Position numbers and translations under genes: made by a program
The notes under the pieces: model-generated
Told to the model about the DNA's origin: nothing
The model's input: the letters and a program-made list of their open reading frames with translations, nothing else
The model's database searches: none
In this document: one piece after another, positions 7,256-15,793 of the stretch
Numbering within the stretch: position 1 is the first letter of the stretch
Layout: the number at the start of each line of letters is the position of its first letter
Source of the DNA: a virus
Lineage: Duplodnaviria; Caudoviricetes
Direction: 5' to 3' (one strand)
Virus record (IMG/VR): IMGVR_UViG_3300037249_000373
Location: 2,876 to 66,875 of that record
DNA: 64,000 nucleotides

Positions 7256-7672
7256 ATGAAATTTAGAGATGATTTTTGGTTTTTAAGTAATATGTATGTT
7301 AGTCCAATTACATACAAAGAAATTAAATACTTATGTGTAGAAGGAGCTTTCCAAGCTCAGAAATGCCCTGAGAGAGCATCAGAATTTACTCATTTAAGAG
7401 GCTTTGAGGCTAAAAAATTAGGTAAAACAGTTAAACTTAGAAAAGATTGGGAAGATGTAAGAGTACCAATCATGCTTGAACTGTTAGAGATTAAATTCTC
7501 TAAACCAGAATTACAAAAGAAATTAATTGATACAGGTGATATTGAACTCATTGAAGATAATGAGTGGAGAGATACCTTTTGGGGTAAATACCATGGTAAA
7601 GGAAGAAATATGTTAGGTAGATTACTGATGGTTGTAAGGAATGAAATACAAGACCCTCAGAAACCACTCTAG
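7256..7672 (+). CDS. NADAR (YbiA-like) family protein
   Basis: 'FWFLSNMY', 'VEGAFQAQK', 'WEDVRVPIM...KFS', 'TGDIELIEDNEWRDTFWG' and 'GRNMLGRLLMVVR'. Confidence 0.9.
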   Translation: MKFRDDFWFLSNMYVSPITYKEIKYLCVEGAFQAQKCPERASEFTHLRGFEAKKLGKTVKLRKDWEDVRVPIMLELLEIKFSKPELQKKLIDTGDIELIEDNEWRDTFWGKYHGKGRNMLGRLLMVVRNEIQDPQKPL

Positions 7673-7771
7673 AATTGATTTTAAAGGGTATTGGTTAGTT
7701 TTGGAATACCAATACCTTATGGGCTCCTACGGAGACTAAAAATAGCATTTAAATAGGAGTTTAATTTAGCT

Positions 7772-7897
7772 ATGTATAGTTTTAAATATGCTTACACAAA
7801 AGTAGGTTTAGATTTTTATAAGGTATTTTTAAATAATGAGTTCATTGATGAGTTCACTTATGAAGATTGTGTTGATGATTTTGGAATGGAGTATTAA
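7772..7897 (+). CDS. micro-protein, 41 aa (MYSFKYAYTKVGLDFYKVFLNNEFIDEFTYEDCVDDFGMEY); not in ORF track
   Basis: AGGAG at 7755-7759; downstream of hairpin 7724-7734; stop 2 nt before the ATPase start; paralog of 6588. Confidence 0.7.
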   Translation: MYSFKYAYTKVGLDFYKVFLNNEFIDEFTYEDCVDDFGMEY

Positions 7898-7899
7898 TC

Positions 7900-8925
7900 A
7901 TGCTTATTAAGGATTTAGTTAAAAGTGTAGAAGTTGCAGTTAAGAGTGGTGTTGTACCTTTCATTCAAGGTTCACCAGGAATCGGTAAGAGTGATATTGT
8001 TAAGCAGGTAGCTAATAAATATAAACTCAAATTAATTGATATTCGTCTAAGTCAGTGTGACCCAACTGACTTAAGTGGTCTACCTAAACTCAATGGCAAT
8101 AGAGCAGAATTCTTACCATTCAATATATTCCCTATTGAGGGAGATGAACTACCGGAAGATAAATCAGGCTGGCTCATCTTTTTAGATGAAATTAATAGTG
8201 CTAGCAGAGCTGTACAGGCATCAGCATATAAGCTAGTGCTTGATAGAATGGTAGGTAATCATAAACTACATAGAAATGTAGTTATTGTATGTGCTGGTAA
8301 TAAAGACAGTGATAATGCAATTACCAATCAAATCAGTACTGCATTGAGATCAAGATTTATTACTCTTACCCTTGAACCAGATGTAAAAAGCTGGTTGCAA
8401 TGGGCTTATGATAATAATATTGATTGGAGAATTACAGCATATATTAACTACAAGAATATATCGGGATTATATGACTTTGATCCAGATAAGACAGATACAG
8501 CATATGCTTGTCCTCGTTCATGGGCTATGCTTGATAAGCTTATTAAACATATAGCTGAAGATAAACTTAAAGATTATATGGAATTGTTACAGGGTACCAT
8601 AGGTAATCAGGCAAGTATATTTATTGAATTCTGTGCTTGTATGAACATTCTTCCTAAGTTTGAAGATATTCTTAATGGTAAGGCTGAAGTTAAAGCTAAG
8701 ACACCAGGAGAGAAATATTTGTTATCTGGTTTTGTTATCAATAATGGTGACAAGATACTTACTGAAGAACATGCTCAGAACTGTATTAATTACCTTGATG
8801 AGATAGGTAAAGAATTCAGTATACCTTTCTTCAGTAATTGTATAAGAAAGTACCCTAGACTACTTAAATTCAGAGCAGTTACAACCAAAGCCAAAGAATA
8901 TTCACTTTGGTTAAATGAGAGATAA
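7900..8925 (+). CDS. MoxR-like AAA+ ATPase (N4 gp24-like)
   Basis: Walker A 'GSPGIGKS', Walker B 'LIFLDEIN', 'AGN', 'ALRSRF', 'CPRSW'. Confidence 0.9.
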   Translation: MLIKDLVKSVEVAVKSGVVPFIQGSPGIGKSDIVKQVANKYKLKLIDIRLSQCDPTDLSGLPKLNGNRAEFLPFNIFPIEGDELPEDKSGWLIFLDEINSASRAVQASAYKLVLDRMVGNHKLHRNVVIVCAGNKDSDNAITNQISTALRSRFITLTLEPDVKSWLQWAYDNNIDWRITAYINYKNISGLYDFDPDKTDTAYACPRSWAMLDKLIKHIAEDKLKDYMELLQGTIGNQASIFIEFCACMNILPKFEDILNGKAEVKAKTPGEKYLLSGFVINNGDKILTEEHAQNCINYLDEIGKEFSIPFFSNCIRKYPRLLKFRAVTTKAKEYSLWLNER

Positions 8926-8927
8926 TT

Positions 8928-10076
8928 ATGGATAAAGATAGACTTACTAAAGCCAAAGTCAGATTGCAATTAAAGGATAGATTCCTTGGTGCATTGGCTA
9001 TGATGGCTGAGTGGGAAGAGAATAATGAAATTCCCACTATGGGTACTGATGGTACCAGAATTGTATATAACAGTAACTTTATTGACAAGCTATCAATAGA
9101 AGAACTGGAAGGTGTTATTGCTCATGAATGCTTACATATAGCATTACAACATCCTTTAAGAGCAGAAGTAGGTAACTATGATAAGAATCTATTTAATATA
9201 TCTGCTGATTATGTAATAAACCAGGAATTGGTAGATAATGGAATGAAACTGCCAAATGGTGGTTTATTGAGTAGAGAATTTAGAGGACTATGTACTGAAG
9301 AAGTATATGAGATACTCTATAAAAAAGCAGATTATAAAAAAATAGATTTTAATGAATGTCAATGTAGTGGTGGTAATAACTCAGGAGAACCAGAAGGTAA
9401 ACTGCTTACTGATTCTATGCATGGTGATGTTCTTAAACCAAATAAAGACATACATAAAATCAAATCAATGATTATTACTGCTTCCTTAGTAGATAAATCA
9501 TCAAGCTGGGCTATGCAAGGAAAGGAATTCAAACGTGAATTTGATAAACTTACCAACCCTAAACTACCTTGGGAAGTACTATTAAGGAAATATGTAAATG
9601 GTTTCTTCAAAGATGATTTTACATGGCAAAGACCTAACAGAAGATACCAGGATATGTATTTACCTAGTATATCTGATACAGAAATGCTTGTAAGTGTTAA
9701 TGTATATATGGATATTTCTGGTTCAGTAAGTGATGACATGGTTACTAAATTCCTGTCTGAAATAAAAGGTATTTATAAGAAATATACATTACAGCATATG
9801 TCTATAAGCAACTTCAGTATAGGTATCAATGATGTAATTGAAATGTCAGATCATTGGAATCCAAAGGTAATAGGATTACATTCAAGAGGTGGTACTGAAA
9901 TAGACTCGGTTATAGAAGATATTAATAAACGTAAAGGTACTATTAATATTATATTTACTGATGGCTATTTTGATGAGAGTCCTGTTGATAAAGCTAAATA
10001 TCCTGTTCTTTGGATTATTTATGATAATCATAACTTTAAACCAGTTAAAGGAAAAGTTATTGAAATAACTGTATAA
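8928..10076 (+). CDS. metallopeptidase + vWA domain protein (N4 gp25-like)
   Basis: HExxH 'AHECLH'; MIDAS 'DISGS'; 'GGTE'; 'FTDGY'; paired with the ATPase. Confidence 0.88.
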   Translation: MDKDRLTKAKVRLQLKDRFLGALAMMAEWEENNEIPTMGTDGTRIVYNSNFIDKLSIEELEGVIAHECLHIALQHPLRAEVGNYDKNLFNISADYVINQELVDNGMKLPNGGLLSREFRGLCTEEVYEILYKKADYKKIDFNECQCSGGNNSGEPEGKLLTDSMHGDVLKPNKDIHKIKSMIITASLVDKSSSWAMQGKEFKREFDKLTNPKLPWEVLLRKYVNGFFKDDFTWQRPNRRYQDMYLPSISDTEMLVSVNVYMDISGSVSDDMVTKFLSEIKGIYKKYTLQHMSISNFSIGINDVIEMSDHWNPKVIGLHSRGGTEIDSVIEDINKRKGTINIIFTDGYFDESPVDKAKYPVLWIIYDNHNFKPVKGKVIEITV

Positions 10077-10078
10077 AT

Positions 10079-10564
10079 TTGTATAGGGTACGAGTCATGA
10101 TATATCAAGATATGTTTAATGAACAGGAATTAAAAGCTTTACAGGAATTAAAACGTAAGCTTTTCTGGAGTGATACAGGTATTAATTATCTTATTGCTTT
10201 TATATATTTATTCTCTAAAGGTAATGCAAAACAAAAGGTATATGATTATAGAACTATCTATGGTGGATACCTTATGCTATCAGCCAAGAGAGTTAAGCGT
10301 AAGTATTACACCTTGTATAAGTTAATTACTAAAGAACCAAATAATCAAATATTATGGTTTTCTAATATACTTACAAAGTGTGATGATAGCTTGAGTACCA
10401 TTACAGAAGATGTATTAAATCTACCTAGAAATTGTCCTAAAGAAACAATAGCTCACAGTTCCCAAATACATTTAATTCCAGATTATAAAACTAATCTTAA
10501 TATCACTAAAGGGGATATTATGGAATTGATTGAAGGAATTGTGAAAAATGCAAAAATGGATTGA
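10079..10564 (+). CDS. hypothetical protein (161 aa)
   Basis: ORF in operon context; TTG start per track. Confidence 0.55.
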   Translation: MYRVRVMIYQDMFNEQELKALQELKRKLFWSDTGINYLIAFIYLFSKGNAKQKVYDYRTIYGGYLMLSAKRVKRKYYTLYKLITKEPNNQILWFSNILTKCDDSLSTITEDVLNLPRNCPKETIAHSSQIHLIPDYKTNLNITKGDIMELIEGIVKNAKMD

Positions 10565-10829
10565 TACAATACATTTTACTATTATTGCTTGCTTAGGTGG
10601 TTGTGTTAGTTATGTATCTAATACAAGCACCTTTACTTTTAGAGAATTTTTCATTAAAGGATTATCATCAGGTTTTACAGGTTATTTGATTTATCAATTA
10701 TGCGATTATAATTCATTGCCTTCAAATATGACTGGTTTTCTATGTGGTACATTTGGTTATCTTGGCTCAGATGCTACCATTCTTATATTGAAAAAATACC
10801 TACAGAAATACCTACCTAAGGGTAATTAA
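10548..10829 (+). CDS. putative holin
   Basis: 93 aa; three hydrophobic segments with 'GGCVSY', 'SSGFTG' and 'GTFGYLG'; basic C-terminus. Confidence 0.75.
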   Translation: MQKWIDTIHFTIIACLGGCVSYVSNTSTFTFREFFIKGLSSGFTGYLIYQLCDYNSLPSNMTGFLCGTFGYLGSDATILILKKYLQKYLPKGN

Positions 10830-10833
10830 CCAT

Positions 10834-10848
10834 AGGGGCTACGCCCTT
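10834..10848 (+). promoter_or_regulatory. TAC-loop hairpin promoter candidate
   Basis: AGGGGC-TAC-GCCCTT, 30 bp upstream of the next gene. Confidence 0.6.
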
Positions 10849-10878
10849 GTTAGGTTATTAATTTAAGGAGTTAATTTT

Positions 10879-11523
10879 ATGGCTATTAGTTTAGTTAGTG
10901 GTGGTGCACTCGGTTCAGATTCAGTATGGTCTTTTATCGGAGAGAAATATGGTATTAAGACATGCCATTTAATTGCATTTGGTATGAAGAGACCAAGTGG
11001 TGGTTGTAATCCACAAAGACAGAAAGAGCAATCAAGTGGTTATAACCAGTATGTAACTGGTCAAGAAACCAATGAGGCTATACAGGAATTGATTAATAAT
11101 GACTGTACTATCAGTGGTGTTAAAGCTAAAGAATATTTTAGAGGACCATTAACTGTACCTCAAAAGCTCCATGCCAGAAATTATTATCAGGTAATAAATG
11201 GAGATCAGGTTTTAGCAGTATGTGCTATAGTAGGTAACAATGTAAGTGGTGGTACAGCTACAGCAGTTAATTTTGCAATTAAGCTAGGTAAACCAGTATA
11301 TGTATTAAATACAGTGGACCAGAATTGGTATCACTATGAAAATGGCAAGTATATCAAATGTGACGTACCACACTTAGCAAAAAGAAACACTTGCATTGGC
11401 ACTAGAACATTAGTTAAATATCAAGTCCTGAAATATGGCAAATGGGTAGATGCACCATATGTAGGTGAAGATACAGAGATTAACCTTAGAAAACAAATGG
11501 AGAAATGCTTTGAGAATATATGA
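10879..11523 (+). CDS. SLOG-superfamily (YpsA/DprA-like Rossmann) protein
   Basis: 'VSGGALGSDSVW', 'ARNYYQV' and 'SGGTATAVNFAIKLGKPVYV'. Confidence 0.7.
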   Translation: MAISLVSGGALGSDSVWSFIGEKYGIKTCHLIAFGMKRPSGGCNPQRQKEQSSGYNQYVTGQETNEAIQELINNDCTISGVKAKEYFRGPLTVPQKLHARNYYQVINGDQVLAVCAIVGNNVSGGTATAVNFAIKLGKPVYVLNTVDQNWYHYENGKYIKCDVPHLAKRNTCIGTRTLVKYQVLKYGKWVDAPYVGEDTEINLRKQMEKCFENI

Positions 11524-11746
11524 TTTTGCTACTTTAGTTCCTACCGAAGGTAGTATAACACTTAAAAATAAGAAGTTTGGTGGTTGGAAGGTAATTATAA
11601 CCACTGATATTAATATGGAATATTATTATAAAAATGAACAAGTGGATGACTGGGAAGAATCAGACGATAAGTATAGGTTACTTATGGCTATGAGACAGTC
11701 AGATACATGGGAGAAAGTTAATGTTCCTAAATCTGATAACAAGTAA
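11465..11746 (+). CDS. hypothetical protein (likely TTG start at 11510)
   Basis: GGAG at 11499-11502; overlaps both neighbours. Confidence 0.55.
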   Translation: MKIQRLTLENKWRNALRIYDFATLVPTEGSITLKNKKFGGWKVIITTDINMEYYYKNEQVDDWEESDDKYRLLMAMRQSDTWEKVNVPKSDNK

Positions 11747-12209
11747 AGGTTTTTGGATAGGTGTAGTAATTGTAATAGTTATATTTATTAGAGAGTATGC
11801 TTACCATGATGGTTATAAGAGAGCTACTGAAGAATACAATATAAAGTTATTACAATTACAGTCTTATAATAATGAATTAATCCTAAACCAAGAAAGAGAG
11901 TATAAGGACAGAGAGAATGAAATCATCAAGAATTATATGCAAGAAAAGGAAGTACTTAAGAGTGAATACGAGAAGAGCCTTATTGTTGCTAATAACCTTC
12001 GTGATACTTTTATTCCTGACTGCTTGCCAAACACCAATACAAGCAGTGCAGAAGTGTCCAGAAAGACCAAAGATAAATCCGGTTCTAGATGTTATTCAGA
12101 AACCGATTTACTCAGAAAGATTAAAGAAAGTATGGCTATTGGACAAGAATGTGACGAATTAGCTATCAGATACAATGCATTATTAGAGGTGTGTAATGAA
12201 ATTAAATAA
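11721..12209 (+). CDS. Rz: i-spanin (Rz-like)
   Basis: Single N-terminal TM 'FWIGVVIVIVIFI'; long coiled coil; C-terminal cysteines; contains an embedded lipoprotein ORF. Confidence 0.8.
   Translation: MFLNLITSKGFWIGVVIVIVIFIREYAYHDGYKRATEEYNIKLLQLQSYNNELILNQEREYKDRENEIIKNYMQEKEVLKSEYEKSLIVANNLRDTFIPDCLPNTNTSSAEVSRKTKDKSGSRCYSETDLLRKIKESMAIGQECDELAIRYNALLEVCNEIK
11917..12162 (+). CDS. Rz1: o-spanin (Rz1-like lipoprotein) embedded in another frame
   Basis: Hydrophobic signal plus lipobox 'FLTA-C', proline-rich mature part 'CPERPKINPV'; fully inside Rz. Confidence 0.8.
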   Translation: MKSSRIICKKRKYLRVNTRRALLLLITFVILLFLTACQTPIQAVQKCPERPKINPVLDVIQKPIYSERLKKVWLLDKNVTN

Positions 12210-12390
12210 ATTATTAAAAGTAATCAGCCTTAAAACCAAAGTAGCAGTGTATACACCAATGGGTATAAGAAGAAGTGTATTAGAAGAGCTATCTTATGGT
12301 TTTTTAAAAGACTGGGGAGATTATCAGGTAAAAGATATTGAACAAGAGAATGATTACTTAAAAATTCTTTTAGGAGATTATTATGGATAA
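12196..12390 (+). CDS. hypothetical protein (64 aa)
   Basis: GAGG RBS; coupled overlaps. Confidence 0.65.
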   Translation: MKLNKLLKVISLKTKVAVYTPMGIRRSVLEELSYGFLKDWGDYQVKDIEQENDYLKILLGDYYG

Positions 12391-12616
12391 TATAAATCCT
12401 AACCACTATACATATGGTAAATATCAATGTATTGATGTAATACAGGATATAACCAAAGATTTAAGTGGTGAAGAGGCATTTTGTATAGGTAATGCCATTA
12501 AGTATATCTGGAGATTCAAACATAAAAATGGAACTGAAGATCTGGAAAAAGCTAAGTGGTACCTGGATAGGATTATAACTAAACCTTCCAGAACCAAATT
12601 AGAAGAGATAAGCTAA
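12383..12616 (+). CDS. DUF3310 (SaV-like) protein
   Basis: 'INPNHY...CID...FCIGNAIKYIWRFKHKNGTEDLEKAKWYLD'. Confidence 0.88.
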   Translation: MDNINPNHYTYGKYQCIDVIQDITKDLSGEEAFCIGNAIKYIWRFKHKNGTEDLEKAKWYLDRIITKPSRTKLEEIS

Positions 12617-12727
12617 TGTTACTCTATTTGGTTTGATAGTGTGAGTAGACAAATAATCTGAGTAACATAATGTATTAAGGCTGGTTTATCCAGCCTTTAT
12701 TTTTTAATATTTTAAGAATTATCTAAA

Positions 12728-13000
12728 GTGGAGAAAACAATGACAGAACTCGAATTTATAAAGGAAAAAGTAAAAGAATTTGATGAGAGATACCACAGTA
12801 ATGAAAAAGTTCCTATCAAATTACTAGATGAACTGGAAGAAGATTATACTATTCAGGCTGATTTTAGGAATTATTTAAATGCTCTATCTTATGATTATTC
12901 TAAACCAGAAGGAGTATTCCTAAGATTATTATTTAGAGATTTTATTTACAATAAATATGATTTTGCAACTAAGAATTGTAACGTAGAAATGGAGAAATAA
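12728..13000 (+). CDS. hypothetical protein
   Basis: ORF track; GGAG before an internal ATG. Confidence 0.6.
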   Translation: MEKTMTELEFIKEKVKEFDERYHSNEKVPIKLLDELEEDYTIQADFRNYLNALSYDYSKPEGVFLRLLFRDFIYNKYDFATKNCNVEMEK

Positions 13001-13003
13001 GAA

Positions 13004-13291
13004 ATGGCAAGTAGAGAAAGTGTAATTAATTCATTAGAACAAGTTGACTATGACATTGCTCGTATTAAAGCAAATCTGTTAACTATTACAGAAAACTTTG
13101 AGAAAGCTAAACTGGAGAAAAACAATAAAGATATTCTTAAATGGAAACGCTATAAAATGCAACAGGAAAGATACATGCATTATGCTAAGGAATTTAAGAA
13201 GAATACCATGGAAAAGCATAAAGAGTTACTGGAAACATGGAAACAGCAAGTGCTTGATCTGGTAGATGGTATGGAGAAAGATAATGAATGA
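13004..13291 (+). CDS. coiled-coil hypothetical protein
   Basis: GGAG RBS; heptad-like pattern. Confidence 0.65.
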   Translation: MASRESVINSLEQVDYDIARIKANLLTITENFEKAKLEKNNKDILKWKRYKMQQERYMHYAKEFKKNTMEKHKELLETWKQQVLDLVDGMEKDNE

Positions 13292-13571
13292 GATGGATTT
13301 ACTGAAAGGTATCCCTTGGCATATCCTTACTTTACCTGGTTTTGATAGCGAATACCCTATGTATGATAACCAGAAAAAGAATATGACTATTGTATATAGT
13401 AGAGGAAAGAAACTGTTTAGCTTACGTATAACGCTTACAAGCGATAAGAAAGGCTTAGTAACAGATAACTATACCTATGCTGGTAAAGTAGCTGTAAATA
13501 AGCTTAAAAAGCTCGTAAAAGCATATATAGAATCCTATGGCTATAAAGTTAAATTAGGGATACATGTGTGA
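13266..13571 (+). CDS. hypothetical protein, probable outlier of the YxxILG paralog family
   Basis: N-terminal 'MDLLKGIPWHIL'; C-terminal 'VKAYIESYGYKV'. Confidence 0.6.
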   Translation: MVWRKIMNEMDLLKGIPWHILTLPGFDSEYPMYDNQKKNMTIVYSRGKKLFSLRITLTSDKKGLVTDNYTYAGKVAVNKLKKLVKAYIESYGYKVKLGIHV

Positions 13572-13824
13572 AAGATAAACCAGAATTTAATCCAATAAAA
13601 ATAGCCCTAGTTACCGTCTAGAGCTATTTAAAAATTTTGTTTTGTGGATATTTAGTTTATCTTTAAACCTAGTAATACAGATTAGAGATCTATATTATCA
13701 TGTAGGACCCCAGGGGGCTGTACATGCCTGAGTTAACCCGTCAGGAGGGGATAAAAAAATAAACCATGTTCATAAGAACATTTTTATTATACTATCCTAT
13801 TTAACATAATACTAGAGGAACACT

Positions 13825-14157
13825 ATGGAAAGTAAAATATTTGATGCACTTCTTAATCTGTCACAAAAAGATTTAGAAGATATATTTAAAGTAAAAGGAA
13901 GAATAATAGTAGATATTAAAATATTTAAAAACTATGATGACTATGATTCTGAGATGTATGAAGAAGTAGCTATATTAGTTACATACAAAAAAGATGCAGT
14001 AGTAATGCCACAGCTATATAGGATAACTGCTAATAAGTATGGATATGCTGGAATAGACTATAAAAATATATTTAATCGGTATGGAATTAAAAAACCAAAA
14101 AATGTTAATGTACTTAACAGACTTAAGACTTTTCTAAATTTATTAGGATATAATTAA
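13825..14157 (+). CDS. hypothetical protein, probable outlier of the YxxILG paralog family
   Basis: 110 aa; C-terminal 'RLKTFLNLLGYN'; GAGG RBS. Confidence 0.65.
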   Translation: MESKIFDALLNLSQKDLEDIFKVKGRIIVDIKIFKNYDDYDSEMYEEVAILVTYKKDAVVMPQLYRITANKYGYAGIDYKNIFNRYGIKKPKNVNVLNRLKTFLNLLGYN

Positions 14158-14163
14158 TTCAGT

Positions 14164-14176
14164 AAGGCTACGCCTT
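14164..14176 (+). promoter_or_regulatory. TAC-loop hairpin promoter candidate upstream of the replication module
   Basis: AAGGC-TAC-GCCTT. Confidence 0.6.
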
Positions 14177-14241
14177 CTGTAGGTATTTAACCAATAGGTA
14201 TGTATATATCTGTTGGTTTTCTTTTTTTAAGGAGTAGATAA

Positions 14242-15393
14242 ATGGAATTAACAGCATCACAGAAACAAGCATTAATAGAAATTGATAATTTTATGAATAG
14301 CAAAGTACAAGATGTACATTGCTTATCTGGTTCACCTGGTACAGGTAAATCTTTTCTGATTAATATCATAAGTAATAAGTATAAGAATACATTAATTACG
14401 GCAACTACCAATAAAGCAAGTTCTGTAATCAACGGTAAAACACTATGCAAAGCATATGGAATAACCTTAGTAGCAGATCTTAAAACAGGTAACCAGGAAT
14501 ACAGTACAAAGTATCATAAGAATATGCGTAATTCACTGGTAATCATTGATGAGGCTTCCATGCTTGAAAAAGAACTATGGCAGTTAGTTCAAGAGTACTC
14601 GTATAACTGTAAATTCTTACTGGTTGGAGACAAGTATCAATTACCAGCCGTAGGCTCTACATTTGATCCCTTTAGTGTATATCCTGTATCTGAATTAACT
14701 GAAGTGGTAAGACAGTCAGATAAGGATTTTCTTGAAGAAATAAATAAAGCAAGAGAAGGAGTAAAAAACTCTGTTCTCTATGAACCAAAAGAGAATAACT
14801 GTATTCATTATCTTAAAACTAAAAAAGAGGTAAGAGATTTATTAAGAACATTTGGTCCTTATGATAAAGCATTATCCTATACAAATCCTGTAAGTATAAA
14901 TTTGGCTTACACAATACGTAAGCTACAGGGTAAAGGAGAGGATTTTAAGGTAGGTGATACCGTTAGTCCTAAGAACTATTGTGAAGGTATAAATAAAACA
15001 TCTCTGTTTACAGGGGAAGACTTAATCATAAGTAATATAGAAGAACCAGAAGATATAACAATAGACTTATTCACTGTACCTGTAAGAAGAATGAACTTTG
15101 AAGGAATAATGGATACTTTCCTGGTTCCTGTTAATTATGAATATGTACAGTTATTGATTAAATCCTTTTCTAAAAATAAGCAATGGAAAGAAATGTACTA
15201 CTGCAAGGAAAGCTTGTTAGACCTACGGTTTAATGAAGCAAGTACAGTTCACTGTGCACAGGGAAGTACATATGATAGGGTGTTTATTCATATGACTGAC
15301 ATTAAAACATGTAGAGCACATAGCGTTAAATCAAGATTAATGTATGTAGCTCTAACCAGAGCTAAAAATGGAGTATACATCTATGAAGAGTAA
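14242..15393 (+). CDS. SF1 Dda/RecD-like DNA helicase
   Basis: 'GSPGTGKS', 'IIDEASM', 'VGDKYQLP', 'VVRQS', 'TVHCAQGSTY' and 'YVALTRA'. Confidence 0.92.
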   Translation: MELTASQKQALIEIDNFMNSKVQDVHCLSGSPGTGKSFLINIISNKYKNTLITATTNKASSVINGKTLCKAYGITLVADLKTGNQEYSTKYHKNMRNSLVIIDEASMLEKELWQLVQEYSYNCKFLLVGDKYQLPAVGSTFDPFSVYPVSELTEVVRQSDKDFLEEINKAREGVKNSVLYEPKENNCIHYLKTKKEVRDLLRTFGPYDKALSYTNPVSINLAYTIRKLQGKGEDFKVGDTVSPKNYCEGINKTSLFTGEDLIISNIEEPEDITIDLFTVPVRRMNFEGIMDTFLVPVNYEYVQLLIKSFSKNKQWKEMYYCKESLLDLRFNEASTVHCAQGSTYDRVFIHMTDIKTCRAHSVKSRLMYVALTRAKNGVYIYEE

Positions 15394-15793
15394 TTTAGAT
15401 AAACTAATGTTCTTTAATGATTTACAGAAAAAACAAACAGAAATCATTAAAGTAATGTATAAGGATATAGATTCATTATTATTCTTATGGCAACAATATC
15501 ATAAAGAATTATTCAAGAAACCAGAGATATTTGAAAATATCTTACAGCATCTTGATGAATGGAAAACTGATTTTTTAAATAAAACTACTATATTTCCGTC
15601 TGCAAGCACACCTCAGGAATCACTTGTAAATCACCTTAACAATCTAACTATCTATAAAGAGGCACTTGAAAAAGAACAAAACTTAGATATAGAAAGTTCT
15701 CTCAAAGATTCATTAGATACTGCTATAGGTATCAAGTTTGAAATGAATCTGTGTCTACCTACTAGAGAGGAGATTTTAAATGGTAGTGTATAG
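15368..15793 (+). CDS. hypothetical protein
   Basis: ORF between helicase and polymerase. Confidence 0.6.
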   Translation: MEYTSMKSNLDKLMFFNDLQKKQTEIIKVMYKDIDSLLFLWQQYHKELFKKPEIFENILQHLDEWKTDFLNKTTIFPSASTPQESLVNHLNNLTIYKEALEKEQNLDIESSLKDSLDTAIGIKFEMNLCLPTREEILNGSV

